From Octopus sinensis (lineage: Eukaryota), in contig NC_043002.1 in NCBI RefSeq assembly GCF_006345805.1, positions 21,638,001-21,702,000 on the forward strand: 64,000 nucleotides of DNA, written 5' to 3'. Position numbers and translations under genes: made by a program. Shown here piece by piece: positions 50,104 through 62,634 of the stretch. Each line of letters opens with the position of its first letter. Positions within the stretch are counted from its first letter, which is position 1. A model generated the notes under the pieces. That model had not been told where the DNA came from. It ran no database searches and saw nothing but the letters and a program-made list of their open reading frames with translations.

Positions 50104-50334
50104 GGCGGCGAGCTGACAGAAACATTAGCACGCCAGGTGGAATGCCTAGCGGTATTTCATCTGTCGTTATGTTGTGAGTTCAAATTCCGCCGACGTCGAC
50201 TTTGCCTTTCATCCTTTCGGGGTCGATAAATTAAGTACCAGTTATGCACTGGGGTTGATGTAATCGACTTAATACCTATGTCTGTCCTTGTTTGTCCCCT
50301 TTATGTTTAGCACCTTGTGGGTAATAAAGAAATA
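50104..50334 (+). mobile_element. tRNA-derived SINE, family B, full length
   Basis: Head ggcggcgagctgacagaaacattagc and B-box gagttcaaattcc. The central gactttgcctttcatcctttcggggtcgataaattaagtacc resembles deeply conserved Meta/Nin-type SINE domains (recalled). Perfect 15-bp TSD GGTCTGTGTTAGATA at 50089 and 50335. Confidence 0.9.
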
Positions 50335-51837
50335 GGTCTGTGTTAGATATCCAACTGTTGCCAAAAATGGAACGTATGCATAAGTGGCAGTCCTCTGGTA
50401 TGTCTAAGAACAGTTCAGTCTATGATGGTTTACTTAACTCATGCCTGCATAGAAAATAGATGTAAAATGATGATGATGACATTATCTGATAGGCTTCCTC
50501 ACACTTTCCATCTGCTCCTGAAATATTGGTCAATCCTAGGCTGTGGTAGAAGTTACCTCCCCCAAGGTGTCACACTGTGGGATTGAGCCCTGAATCTTGT
50601 GGTTGCAAAGTGAAATTTTTCTCACTGACATTCTCACACACATGCACCATCACTACAACAAAACTTCTTGAACCAGCACATACTCAGATATTTCTCACAA
50701 ACTCTCATATACACAAAGTATATATACTCTCATATACATCTGTGGCACTCCATCAGATACGATTTCAAGGGTTCCTGTCGATCTGATTAACAGAACAACT
50801 TGCTTGTGAAATTAACGTGCAAGTGGCTGAACACTCCACAGACACACGTACCCTTAACGTAGTTCTCAGATTCAGCATAACACAGAATGTGAGAAGGCTG
50901 GCCCTTTGAAATACTGGTACTACTCATAATTGCCAGCTGAGTGGACTGGAGCAATATGAAATAAAATGTCTTACTCAAGGGCAGAATGTGCTACCAGGAA
51001 TTGAACTTATGACCTTATGCTCATGAGTTGAACACCCTAACCACTAAGCTATATGCCTTCACTATATGCAAATATGCACACTCTTACATATACACACTAT
51101 TACCACCAACACGATCACGCTTCTCATACAGACACTCACACACAACCTACAAATATGCATATGCATTCACACATACACATACATACACTCATTCTTACCC
51201 CTCTTATAGATGTTGCTCTTTGTACAGGTAAATAACCCCCTTATTGTCACCTTTTCAATTGTAATTGTACTTTGGTGTCACAATTGCCAGAATGGTCAAG
51301 AATTACTAACTATTCCCTTTGCTTTTCCTATCCCACTTGTTTATCTTTCAGATCAAATCTTCTTACTACTTACCTTGGGGTCCTTTACTATGAGCTAAGT
51401 TGGAACTCTTACCTTAATAATAGACTGAGAATTTGTCAAGTAGACTATTATTAGATTATCCACAAAACACTTCTCCACTACAAAAGAACTTGGTGTCCTA
51501 TAACCCACACTAGAAAAAAAGAATTAAAAGAAATCAATTTTTCCTTTTGGTGCTGTATTTTATACTCTCCCCTCTTCAGAATATTATAATGTTAGCATCC
51601 TTGACTTTTAACAAGCAAAAGATCAAGTTTCTTCTTTTTGTGCCGAAAGGTACTTGATCTTTACTCTTCAAAGCTTCCACATCCCAAACAACTAGTCAAG
51701 ATGAGGCAGGAGGCAAGTGGGCCAGTTGGTACAGACCTGCAATTTGTAGGGAGCTACCCCACTTACTATTAAAGGCAAAGGTAGATGTCCTTTTGATAAA
51801 GAATTGGGCTTTTCTTATCTACCTGTCTATCTATATG

Positions 51838-51881
<44 letters not shown>

Positions 51882-51960
51882 GTTCTAACACCATGTGTGT
51901 GTATGTACCTGTAACTCAGCATTGATTATTAAAGTACTTGATGAGAGTAGTTTGTTATGA

Positions 51961-52150
51961 GGCCTACACTTCACATTTGGCCTGGGCCTTTAGCCAGTTG
52001 ATAAGGGGCTACACTTCACATTTAACTAAGGCCTAGTACTAGTTTTACACAGGCCTACTTTTCACATTTACCCTGAGCCTGTTTACCAGTTTTACACGGG
52101 TCTACATTTCACATTTACCATGGACCTATTACCAGTTTTACATGAGCCCA
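51961..52150. repeat. 45-47-bp minisatellite, ~4 copies
   Basis: ggcctac(a/t)(c/t)ttcacattt..cc..ccagttttacac units starting at 51961, 52006, 52052 and 52099. Confidence 0.75.
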
Positions 52151-52568
52151 CAACTGATAACACTACTTCTCTTTCTTCTTCACCTATCATATCAATTAAG
52201 TCTTTTTATGAACTTTTCTGTTGACAAGTTGCTGCCAACACTACAGTGTCACAAGTTAACCTTGAAAACTAAACTTAACCCTAGATATATAAACCATATA
52301 CGAAAGTACTCTTCAAATCTCTAGAAGAGATCATCTTATATATTGTCTATTCTAACCCCATTTTTTGTTGTTGTTATTGTATAGCCCAGAGTCAATCCTA
52401 ATCCAGCAAATCTGTGATCAAATTTATTCCAATTAGGACCATCTCATTTATTTTTTGTTTTGTGCGACAATGTGTTCCTCCTGGAATCTCAATCCATAAG
52501 CTGAGGAAATTCTTCCTCTGAGGCAAAATGTTATAGTTTGAGGGAGAAATTTGAGGATTGGTATCCAT

Positions 52569-53086
52569 TTAGTTGGTTTTCTCCATGCCATGAAGCACAT
52601 AAGGCTGCAACACAATCTCTCCAACCAGTTCTGTTTTCCACCACTGTCCTAATCTCATTCCAGCTTTTCCACCCTTCTTGTCTCCTTTCCTTGTCATTGG
52701 TCTTTTGTCATGTGGTTTTGGAGCACCCTGCTACTCTTTTACCCTCAGGCTGCCACTTTAGTACCACCATGCAATTGCTTTCTCATTCCTGTCTGAGGAC
52801 ATGACTGAACCAGTTCCAATGTCTGCATCCTATTTCGTCAGTGATCTTGTTGGTGCCCATCGTCATTTCAATGGTGGAATTTTGTACTGTTTGCTGCCTC
52901 TTGATGTTAAGTATTCCCCTTAAGCATGTGAACTGGAATTTATCCCTTTCCAGTTTTCACATCCATGGAGTAATACTGGTCAGAATAATGTGTTGAACAG
53001 CTTCAGCTTTGTTTTGCTGCCTATATCTTTGCCTCTCCATACCTTTAGTATCCATTGGAGTGTGGAAACTTTTAGGTTGAAAACTT
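52569..53086 (-). mobile_element. RTE-clade LINE 3' fragment
   Basis: Reverse complement reads CLRGILNIKRQQ..WNWFSHVLRQE..LKWQPEGKRVAGCSKTT..WNEIRTVVENRTGWRDCVAALCASWHGEN. Confidence 0.85.
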
Positions 53087-53087
53087 C

Positions 53088-53310
53088 ATCATCATCATCA
53101 TCGTTTAACGTCCGCTTTCCATGCTAGCATGGGCTGGACGGTTCAACTGGGGTCTGGGAAGCCAGAAGGCTGCACCAGGCCCAGTCTGATCTGGCAGTGT
53201 TTCTACGGCTGGATGCCCTTCCTAGCACCAACCACTCCGTGAGTGTAATGGGTGCATTTTACGTGCCACCGTTACAGGTGCTAGATGAGGCTGGCAAACG
53301 GCCACGAAAA
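53088..53310 (-). mobile_element. Family A SINE-like repeat, inverted
   Basis: (CAT)n then cgtttaacgtccgctttccatgctagc. Other minus copies at ~8703, 27817, 44388, 44610, 45445 and 56593. Confidence 0.85.
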
Positions 53311-54736
53311 CTTCTTTTTCATTATTCTTGCTACCAATTACAACAATGCTGGGACATTACCTTCAAAAGTTTAGTAAAAAATAGTGACCCCAGTTTTTAG
53401 TTTTAAAATCTGGTACTTATTTTATCAATGTGTATTGTGTAATTTTCTTATTTCAGTACATCAGCTGCATCACTGGATTTTACATGGCCTCAAGCTAAAC
53501 ACACACACACACAAGGTGCAGGTGTGGTGAGATACAGGCATGGCTGTGTGATCAAGAAACTTGCTTTCCAGCCATGTGGTCTTGAGTTCAAGCACCTTGG
53601 GCAAGTGTCCTCTGTGTGTGTGTGTTTGTATGCGCCCTTGTCTAGATATGTGATGGTTGTAAACGAACATTTATTTTTTTATTGCTCACAAGGAGCTAAA
53701 CATAGAGGGGACAAACAAGGACAGACAGGGGGATTAAGTCGATTACATCGACCCCAGTGCGTAACTGGCGCTTAAGTTATCGACCCCGAAAGGATGAAAG
53801 GCAAAGTCGACCTCGGCGGAATTTGAACTCAGAACATAACAGCAGCATGTCTTGTGACAGAGAAATATTAACTTGCCTGGAAACAATTGAGGCTTGACAA
53901 TGAGAAGGGCATCCAGCAAAAATATCTTTACCTCAACAAATCCTGTCTCATCTTTGCCAACATGGAAAAATGGATGCTAAATAGTAATTGTGTGTGTGGT
54001 ATGTATGCACGCACACACATGCATGCATGCACGCACACATGATGAGTTTCTATATTGTTTTTATTTACTAAATTTCACTCAAGGTGTTTATCAACTTAAA
54101 GCTATAGAAAACACATGTTTGAGGTGCAGTGCAGTGGAATTGAACCCAGAATCACATGGTTATAATTAATGTAAACTATCTAAACATGCAGCTAAGCTTG
54201 CACCTACATTATTGATATGCACATTTTTTTTTTTTTTGAATCCATAGTCATTGAGGCAACAATTGTACCCCATTCCCTGGGACTTCAGACTCTGTCTGGC
54301 CGTATAAACTTTTCTCTAATATGAAATTAATGATGGAATACGGTATATTAGAATTTGTTAAATCTTTACCAATTCAGTTATACAATAGCTGAAGAATATC
54401 ATACCGAGTTTATGTCTTTGATTTTGTTTTACTGTTAATGTTGTTTACTTCTCAACATTAAGTGAAAAATGATGGATAACAACTCTCAAAGTAGAAGTGA
54501 TAACAAGTGTATAAAAAGGACTATAGCTTTCAGAGATGCTGTCTCTGATACTGTCTGTGTAGATTTTTACACCATCTAAAGAACCGAATGTTTCAAACAA
54601 ATACAGTTTCAAAAGAAATTATATATTTCATGCTTCTTTATAAACTTCCAACCATTTTACATTTTTCCAAGTAACAATAGAATTCCCACAAGTACCGCTT
54701 GTATGTATGTATGTAAACCTACTTAGTAGACATACA

Positions 54737-54783
<47 letters not shown>

Positions 54784-54810
54784 GATAGATGTATATATAT
54801 GTAAGTATGT

Positions 54811-55063
54811 GCGAACTTTAGGTTAGTTGAAATATATTTGTGTCATATTTCAACTTCTAAAGGCAAATTCACTGCAGTTGCTATGGAGAAGAAATAAAAA
54901 AAGATTTGATGGTAAAAGGTGTAAAAGCTCGACAGATATGATATTTTAAAATCTTTTGCTATAAAAGGCTTTTTTTTTTTTCTCCATGGTAACTGAGGTG
55001 AATTTGCCTTCAGAAGTTGAAATGTGTCACAAACAAACAAGTTTTAACTAACCTAAAATTTGC
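54811..55063. mobile_element. MITE-like element with ~90-bp imperfect inverted arms
   Basis: ttaggttagttgaaa..atttcaacttctaaaggcaaattcac..gttgctatggagaa pairs with 54970-55063; flanked by TA-rich repeats. Confidence 0.7.
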
Positions 55064-55105
55064 TTACGCCTAATCACTGCTTGGCACTGATACTGCTGAA
55101 TATAT

Positions 55106-55155
<50 letters not shown>

Positions 55156-55631
55156 TGTGTATGTGTGTGTGTATATATATATATATATGTATATATATTA
55201 GTGTGTATGTGTGTGTGTATATATATTATATATGTATATATATATAGTGTGTATGTGTGTGTGTGTATATATATATGTATGTATATGTATGTGTGTGTAT
55301 ATATATATGTATGAATATGTATGTATATGTATGTAGGTATGTATGTATGTATATGTATAACACGCATTGAGTCGAAACAGGGGCAGCTGATGAAGGGGAA
55401 TTTTACTTGTATTGTTTGTCTTGTACTCTGTTTTTTCGTTGTTAAAAAAAGTCTGTTTCCTTGTTTGATTTTATGTTTTCGTTTCTCGTTGTGTTCTACG
55501 TTTATTTGTGGTGTCCTGTACTCACATATGCATGTATATATACATGTAGATGTAGGTATGTACATATATGTATGTATGTATATGTCTGTATATATGTATG
55601 TTTGACGCTAAACGATGATGATGATGATATA

Positions 55632-55672
<41 letters not shown>

Positions 55673-55892
55673 AAGTATATATGTATGTGTATGTATGTAT
55701 ATATATGTATGTATGTATAAGTATATATGTTATTATGTATATTTGATATATATGTATATATAAATTTATAGTAGTATATTATGTATATATATATATATGT
55801 ATATATAAATTTATTTATATGTATATATATATATATGTATATATAAATTTATTTATATGTATATATATTATATATATGTATATATAATTATT

Positions 55893-56291
55893 GGAGTGGC
55901 TGTGTGGTAAGTAGCTTGCTTATGAACTACATGGTTCCGGGTTCACTCCCACTGCGTGGCATTTTGGGCAGATGTCTTCTACTATAGCCTCGGGCCGACC
56001 AAAGCCTTGTGAGTGGATTTCGTAGACGGAAACTGAAAGAAGCCTGTTGTATATATGTATATATATATAAGTGTGTGTGTATATGCTTGTGTGTCTGTGT
56101 TTGTCCCCCTAGCATTGCTTGACAACCGATGCTGGTGTGTTTACGTCCCCGTCACTTAGCGGTTCGGCAACAAAAGACCGATAGAATAAGTACTGGGCTT
56201 ACAAAGAATAAGTCCCGGGGTCGATTTGCTCGACTAAAGGTGGTGCTCCAGCATGGCCGCAGTCAAATGACTGAAACAAGTAAAAGTAAAA
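55893..56291 (+). mobile_element. tRNA-derived SINE, family C
   Basis: Colinear with 30564-30978. Confidence 0.85.
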
Positions 56292-56364
56292 GTAGGTAAG
56301 TATATATATATGTATGTATATATATATATGTATGTATATATTTATATATAAGGATATGTATGTA

Positions 56365-56440
<76 letters not shown>

Positions 56441-56505
56441 CACACACATATATATATGTATATGTATATATGTGTATATAACATATGTGTTCTCGTGTGT
56501 ATATG

Positions 56506-56568
<63 letters not shown>

Positions 56569-56592
56569 CATATGTATGTATATGTATATCTC

Positions 56593-59020
56593 ATCATCAT
56601 CATCATCATCTATTTACGTCAGCTTTCATGCTAGTGGTTGGACGGTTCAACTGGGGTCTGGGGAGCCCGAAAGCTGCACCAGTCCAGTCAGATCTGGCAG
56701 TGTTTCTACAGCTGGATGCCCTCCTAACGCCAACCACTCCGAGAGTGTGTGGGTGATTTTATGTGCCACCGACACAGGTGCCAGACGAGGCTGGCAAACG
56801 GCCACGCTCGGATGGTGTTTTTTATGTGCCACACCGACACAGGTGCCAGACGAGGCTGGCAGACGGCCACGCTCGGATGGTGTTTTTTATGTGCCACCGA
56901 CCAGGTGCCAGACGAGGCTGGCAGACGGCCACGCTCGGATGGTGTTTTTATGTGCCACCGACACAGGTGCCAGACGAGAAAGCTGCACCAGTCCAGTCAG
57001 ATCTGGCAGTGTTTCTACAGCTGGATGCCCTTCCTAACGCCAACCACTCCGAGAGTGTAGTGGGTGATTTTATGTGCCACCGACACAGGTGCCAGACGAG
57101 GCTGGCAAACGGCCACGCTCGGATGGTGTTTTTTATGTGCCACCGACACAGGTGCCAGATGAGGCTGGCAGACGGCCACGCTCGGATGGTGTTTTTTATG
57201 TGCCACCGACACAGGTGCCAGACGAGGCTGGCAGACGGCCACGCTCGGATGGTGTTTTTATGTGCCACCGACACAGGTGCCAGACGAGGCTGGCAGACGG
57301 CCACACTCGGATGGTGTTTTTATGTGCCACCGACACAGGTGCCAGATGAGGCTGGCAAACGGCCACGATTGGATGGTGCTTGTTACGTGCCCACAGCACG
57401 GAGGCCAGTCGACGCGGTACTGGCTACGGCCACGTTCAGATGGTTTTCTTATGTGCCCCGTGCCACCGGCACTGGTACCACAAAGATACAAATTCCATTG
57501 ATGTTCATCTATTTTGATTTGTTTTGATTTTCACTTGCCTCAGCAGGTCTTCACAAGTGTCACAAGAAGGAAGGTATGCACAGGTGGACTGACTAGTCTT
57601 GCCGGTCTTCGGAAGGTGTTTTTATGTGCCACCGACACAGGTGCCAGATGAGGCTGGCGAACGGCCATGATCGGATGGTTTTGTTACGTGCCCACAGCAC
57701 GGAGGCCGGTCGATGCGGAACTGGCTACGGCCACGTTCGGATGGTTCTCTTGTGTGCCACCGGCACTGGTACCACAAAGATACAGATTCCATTGATGTTC
57801 ATCTATTTTGATTTGTTTTGATTTTCACTTGCCTCAACAGGTCTTCACAAGTGTCACAAGAAGGAAGGCATGCACAGGTGGACTGACTACGTCCCAGGTA
57901 GGGGCCATGGGTTATGGCCTGACTAGTCTTGCCGGGTCTTCGGATGGTGTTTTTATGTGCCACCGACACAGGTGCTAGATGAGGCTGGCGAACGGCCACG
58001 ATCGGATGGTTTTGTCATGTGCCCACAGCACGGAGGCCTTCGATGCGGTACTGGCTACGGCCACTTTCGGATGGTTTTCTCTTGTGTGCCACCGCACTGG
58101 TACCACAAAGATACAAATTCCATTGATGTTCATCTATTTTGATTTTTTTGATTTTGATTTTGATTTTGATTTTCACTTGCCTCAACAGGCCTTCACAGTA
58201 TCACAAGGAGGAGGTATGCACAGGGACTGACACGTCCCAGGTATGGGGCCATGGTTTATGGCCTGACTAGTCTTGCCGGGTCTTCGGAAGGTGTTTTTAT
58301 GTGCCACCGACACAGGTGCTAGATGAGGCTGGCGAACGCCACGACTGGATGTGTTTGTTATGTGCCCACAGCACGATGGCCAGTGATGCGGTACTGACTA
58401 TGGCCATGTTCGGATGGATTCTTGTGTGCCACCGGCACTGGTACCGGCCACACCGGATGGTGTTTGTTATGTGCCCACAGCACGATGGCCAGTGATGCGG
58501 TACTGACTACGGCCACGTTCGGATGGATTCTGTGTGCCACCGGCACTGGTACCACAAGCGGTACTGACTACGGCCACGTTCGGATGGATTTTGTGTGCCA
58601 CCGGCACTGGTACCACAAGGATACAATTCCATTGATGTTCATCTATTTTGATGTGTTTTGATTTGATTTGATTTTCACTTGCCTCAGCAGGTCTTCACAA
58701 GTGTCACAAGAAGGAAGGTATGTACAGTGGACTGACTACTAACGTCCCTTAGGGCCCACGGGTTATGACCTGACTAGTCTTGCCGGGTCTTCGGATGGGT
58801 TTTTATGTGCCACCATGTTCCCACAGCACGGAGGCCAGTCGATGCGGTACTGGCTACGGCCACGTTCGGATGGTTTTCTTGTGTGCCATAGGCACTGGTA
58901 CCACAAGATACAAAATCCATTGATGTTCATCTATTTTGATTGATTTTCACTTGCCTCAGCAGGTCTTCACAAGTGTCACAAGAAGGAAGGTATGCACAGG
59001 TGGATCGACTACGTCCCGTG
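56593..59020 (-). repeat. Nested tandem array built from family A element sequence
   Basis: ~62-bp units (starts 56761, 56824, 56889, 56950, 57072, 57135, 57198, 57260, 57322), then five longer units marked by atgttcatctattttgat at 57501, 57795, 58126, 58635 and 58923. Confidence 0.9.
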
Positions 59021-59298
59021 TATATATATGTGTGTGTATATATGTATATATATATGTGTGTATATATGTATATATATATGTGTGTATATATGTATATATA
59101 TATGTGTGTATATATGTATATATATATGTGTGTATATATGTATATATATATATGTGTATATATATGTATATATGTGTGTATATATATATATGTATATATG
59201 TGTATATATATATATGTATATATGTGTGTGTATATATATATATGTGTGTGTGTGTATATATATATATGTGTGTGTGTATATATATATATGTGTGTGTG

Positions 59299-59373
<75 letters not shown>

Positions 59374-59392
59374 GTGTGTGTGTGTGTGCGTG

Positions 59393-59490
<98 letters not shown>

Positions 59491-59695
59491 GTGTGTGTGT
59501 GTGTTATATATATGTGTGGTGTGTGTGTGTGTGTGTATATATATATGTGTGTGTGTGTGTGTATATATATGTGTTGTGTGTGTGTGTGTGTGTGGTGTGT
59601 ATATATATGTGTGTGTGTGGTGTGTGGTGTGTGTGTGTATATATATATATGTTGTGTGTGTGTGTGTGTATATATGTGTGGTGTGTGTGTGTGTG

Positions 59696-59726
<31 letters not shown>

Positions 59727-59782
59727 ATATATATGTGTGTGTGTGTGTATATATATATATGTATGTATGTATATATATGTAT
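59020..59782. repeat. Compound (TA)n/(TG)n microsatellite with ~22-bp higher-order units at its start
   Basis: Direct reading (tatatatgtgtgtatatatgta repeated, then alternating TA/TG blocks). Confidence 0.9.
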
Positions 59783-60300
59783 ATTACAGGGAAAAATATG
59801 AACATGTAAAGTAATATTCTTAAGATTATAAACCTGGAAAAGTACAGGACAAGTTATTACACCTGGAAAAACATAGCATGAGCTATTACTTCTTGTAAAG
59901 TAAAGAATAAGAAACTTTTTACTTAGAATATTGCAGCAAAGAATGCCAGTTCTTCTAATTTATCACTCTTTACAGTTCTCATCTTTTAAATTTATTGTAT
60001 AAAACTGTTCAGCTAATTTGTAAGTTTGTCTAATTAGTCACTTTTTTCTGTATTTAAGGCAGTAAATTAGCCAAATTCTATTAAATAAGTATAGTATTAT
60101 TGTAAACTATAATAAAATAATTTTTAATATTCAAATTTTAATTTTAGCTGCAATATTTTAAGTAAAAAGTTCCTTATTCTTTACTTTACTAGAAGTAATA
60201 GCTTATCCTATACTTTTCCAGGTGTAATAACTTGTCCTGTACTTTCCAGGTTTATAATCTTATGAATATTACTTTTCATGCTCGCATTTTTCCATGTAAT
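59783..60300. mobile_element. Fold-back/MITE element with ~155-bp inverted arms
   Basis: 59783-59938 is the imperfect reverse complement of 60144-60300 (shared aagattataaacctggaaaagtacaggacaagttattacacctggaaaa). Confidence 0.75.
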
Positions 60301-61682
60301 CCATGATATTTCCAGGCATTGTTGATGTGTCAATTAATAATTTAAGATTTTAACTTATAAAATACTGAAAGATAATATTTCAAATTTTCCATGTAAGTGA
60401 TGGTAATATTTCAACTTTTTTGATGTTTAATTTAAATACATGTTGTGATTGAATTATTTGATATTACCCATCCACACCAAATTAATGGCAGGGAATTTTA
60501 TCATCTTGTTGGTTGCACCATGGCTCACCAAAAGTTACAAACAACAAGACCCCCAAAACCATCAGTAACTAGGCTCACCTTATGTAACCTAGATTTTGAG
60601 TTGAGGATAATAGCACTGATTACTGCCAATGTAGATCTATCAATAATTATTCAATACAACAGTAATTATAAAGCATATCAGATATACACAAGTTAAAATT
60701 ACCTACATCCTATTAATATAAATTTGATTTATGAAAAATCCCTTTTAATTAATTTTGAAATTTAAAAAGTAAATTTAGAATATAAGCACTTTTAACCAAT
60801 ACCTTTTCTGGACAGCCTTACTACATGCCTTCAGGTCTGCCCATAGAGACACAGCTAAAAATGACAATATTCCTGCCCCAATAAATTTAGATGCACATAT
60901 CTGAAGCATATAACACATTAATAAACTAACTTGATTAAATAATCAACTAAAAGGAAAAGCTAAAAAAGCAAAAAGCAAGTTAATTAAAGCTGAAAGAGAA
61001 AATCAGTAATAAAAGTTAAACTTACCTCAATTCAACAGCATATTAAAAATAACTTTATTAAATAATAAAAAAAAGATACAGTATATAAAAGATAAAGTTG
61101 ATCTCAGTGGAATTTGAACTCAGAACAAAAAGACAGATAAAATACCGCTAAGCGTTTCACCCAGCATACTAACGTTTCTACCAACTCACTGTGTTAGAAT
61201 GTAGCCATTCATTTTAGAAATATATTCTCATCTTAATATTATAGCTTGGGGCATTACTTGTTATTTCTTCACTTACTGACAATAAATTTCATGACATTTC
61301 ACCTCAAAAATTTTTTCTAGTAATTTTTGTTCAATGCAACTAATGACTCTGAATTCCTCATGAATTTTTCTATTATTTAAGCCTAAGAAAAGTGTACTTT
61401 TATTTTAAAATAAAAAAATTGTTAATTGAAGATGAATAGGTGCCTTACTGCCCCCCCCCCTTGAGGTCACAGATATTTTGATGTAACTTTTTTCTACTGA
61501 ACCAAATCTCAAACTATTTTTGCCAAAGTGTAGCTGAGGCGGTGTCCTCTTTAAAACTGTTAACAGTTTGCAATTTATTTAAGAACTGAATTAGTGGTGA
61601 AGCTTGGAAGCTGCTGTGATTGACAAAATGGTGGACTTCAAAATATATTCAACCACTACCATGGTTGAATGATATATATACA

Positions 61683-61966
61683 TACGATGCCAGCGCCGCC
61701 TCGACTGGCTTCCGTGCCGGTGGCATGTAAAATACACCAATCCGACCGTGGCCGTTGCCAGCCTCGCCTGGCACCTGTGCAGGTGGCACGTAAAAAGCAC
61801 CCACTACACTCACGGAGTGGTTGGCGTTAGGAAGGGCATCCAGCTGTAGAAACATTGCCAGATAAGACTGGAGCTTGGTGCAGCCTTCTGGCTTCCCAGA
61901 TCCCCGGTCGAACCGTCCAACCCATGCTAGCATGGAGAACGGACGTTAAACGATGATGATGATGAT
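61683..61966 (+). mobile_element. Family A SINE-like repeat with a LINE-type 3' end and (GAT)n tail
   Basis: ggtggcacgtaaaaagcac subrepeats, then ggagtggttggcgttaggaagggcatccagctgtagaaac..catgctagcatgga..acgttaaacgatgatgatg. Other plus copies at ~2158-2598, 3045-3375, 7097-7315, 22320-22657, 31455-31872 and 42590-42902. Confidence 0.85.
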
Positions 61967-61968
61967 AC

Positions 61969-62027
<59 letters not shown>

Positions 62028-62315
62028 CATCATCATCATTGTTTAATGCCCATCTTCCATGCATGCATGGCTAGGATGGTTCAAGAAGATAGCCAGGTAG
62101 AAAAATTACCCTATGCGATGTCTGGTTTGGCAGAGTTTTTATGGCTGGATGCCCTTCCTAACCCCAGCCACTCTACAGATGATGATATATAATATGTGTG
62201 TGTGTACACTACATGTAGTAAATACATATGTAAAGACATGCCATGATTGTTTTTATGATATATTAACAGTGCTGCAATATATGTAGTTCTCAGACCTTCT
62301 GCCAGTTTATTTATT

Positions 62316-62350
62316 TAATTTCCTTTCTCTCTTTCTCTTTACCTTTACAG
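62316..62350 (+). promoter_or_regulatory. 3' splice site of the TTBK exon
   Basis: Long polypyrimidine tract ttaatttcctttctctctttctctttacctttac followed by AG at 62349-62350; a weaker alternative AG lies at 62389-62390. Confidence 0.75.
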
Positions 62351-62370
62351 TTTGGAGTTGGTTCGCCAGG

Positions 62371-62634
62371 ATGCCCTGCTTTGTCTCTAGAGCAGATCTA
62401 TGGTCAAAAAAGAAGCTGGAGTTTGTCGTCCCGCCCCTACTGCTGTTAGCAGTGTTCGGAGACTACATCACCACAGTCACCAGCAGCAACAGCACCACCC
62501 TCACACCCCTCCGCAGCAGCCCAGCCACCACCACCACCACCACCACCACCATCACCACCATCATCAACAGCAGCAGACTCAGCAGCTCCTGCACAGATCT
62601 TCAGCTGCAGTTGCCAGTAACAGTAGCACTATGA
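62371..62634 (+). other. Overlapping upstream ORF (87 aa) in the TTBK exon
   Basis: ATG 62371 has A at -3, is out of frame with the kinase and is open to TGA 62632-62634, which overlaps the kinase ATG 62631-62633. Translation is unproven. Confidence 0.4.

Noticed and set aside
50104-50190. tRNA genes in SINE heads
   Set aside because: A/B boxes are present but there is no complete cloverleaf, and they continue into SINE body with TSDs.
56761-57360. CRISPR-like regular array
   Set aside because: The ~62-bp units are contiguous with no unique spacers, derive from a SINE body, and the DNA is eukaryotic with no cas genes.
56360-58661. Long ORFs (up to 254 aa) in the array
   Set aside because: They are repetitive translations of the tandem units in several frames and on both strands, with no domain signature.
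58927-59814. 269-292-aa ORFs rich in YI/VC/HT
   Set aside because: Pure TA/TG microsatellite translation; the same applies to the ORFs at 9463-9919, 14171, 36219-36877, 41950-42356 and 55152-56609.
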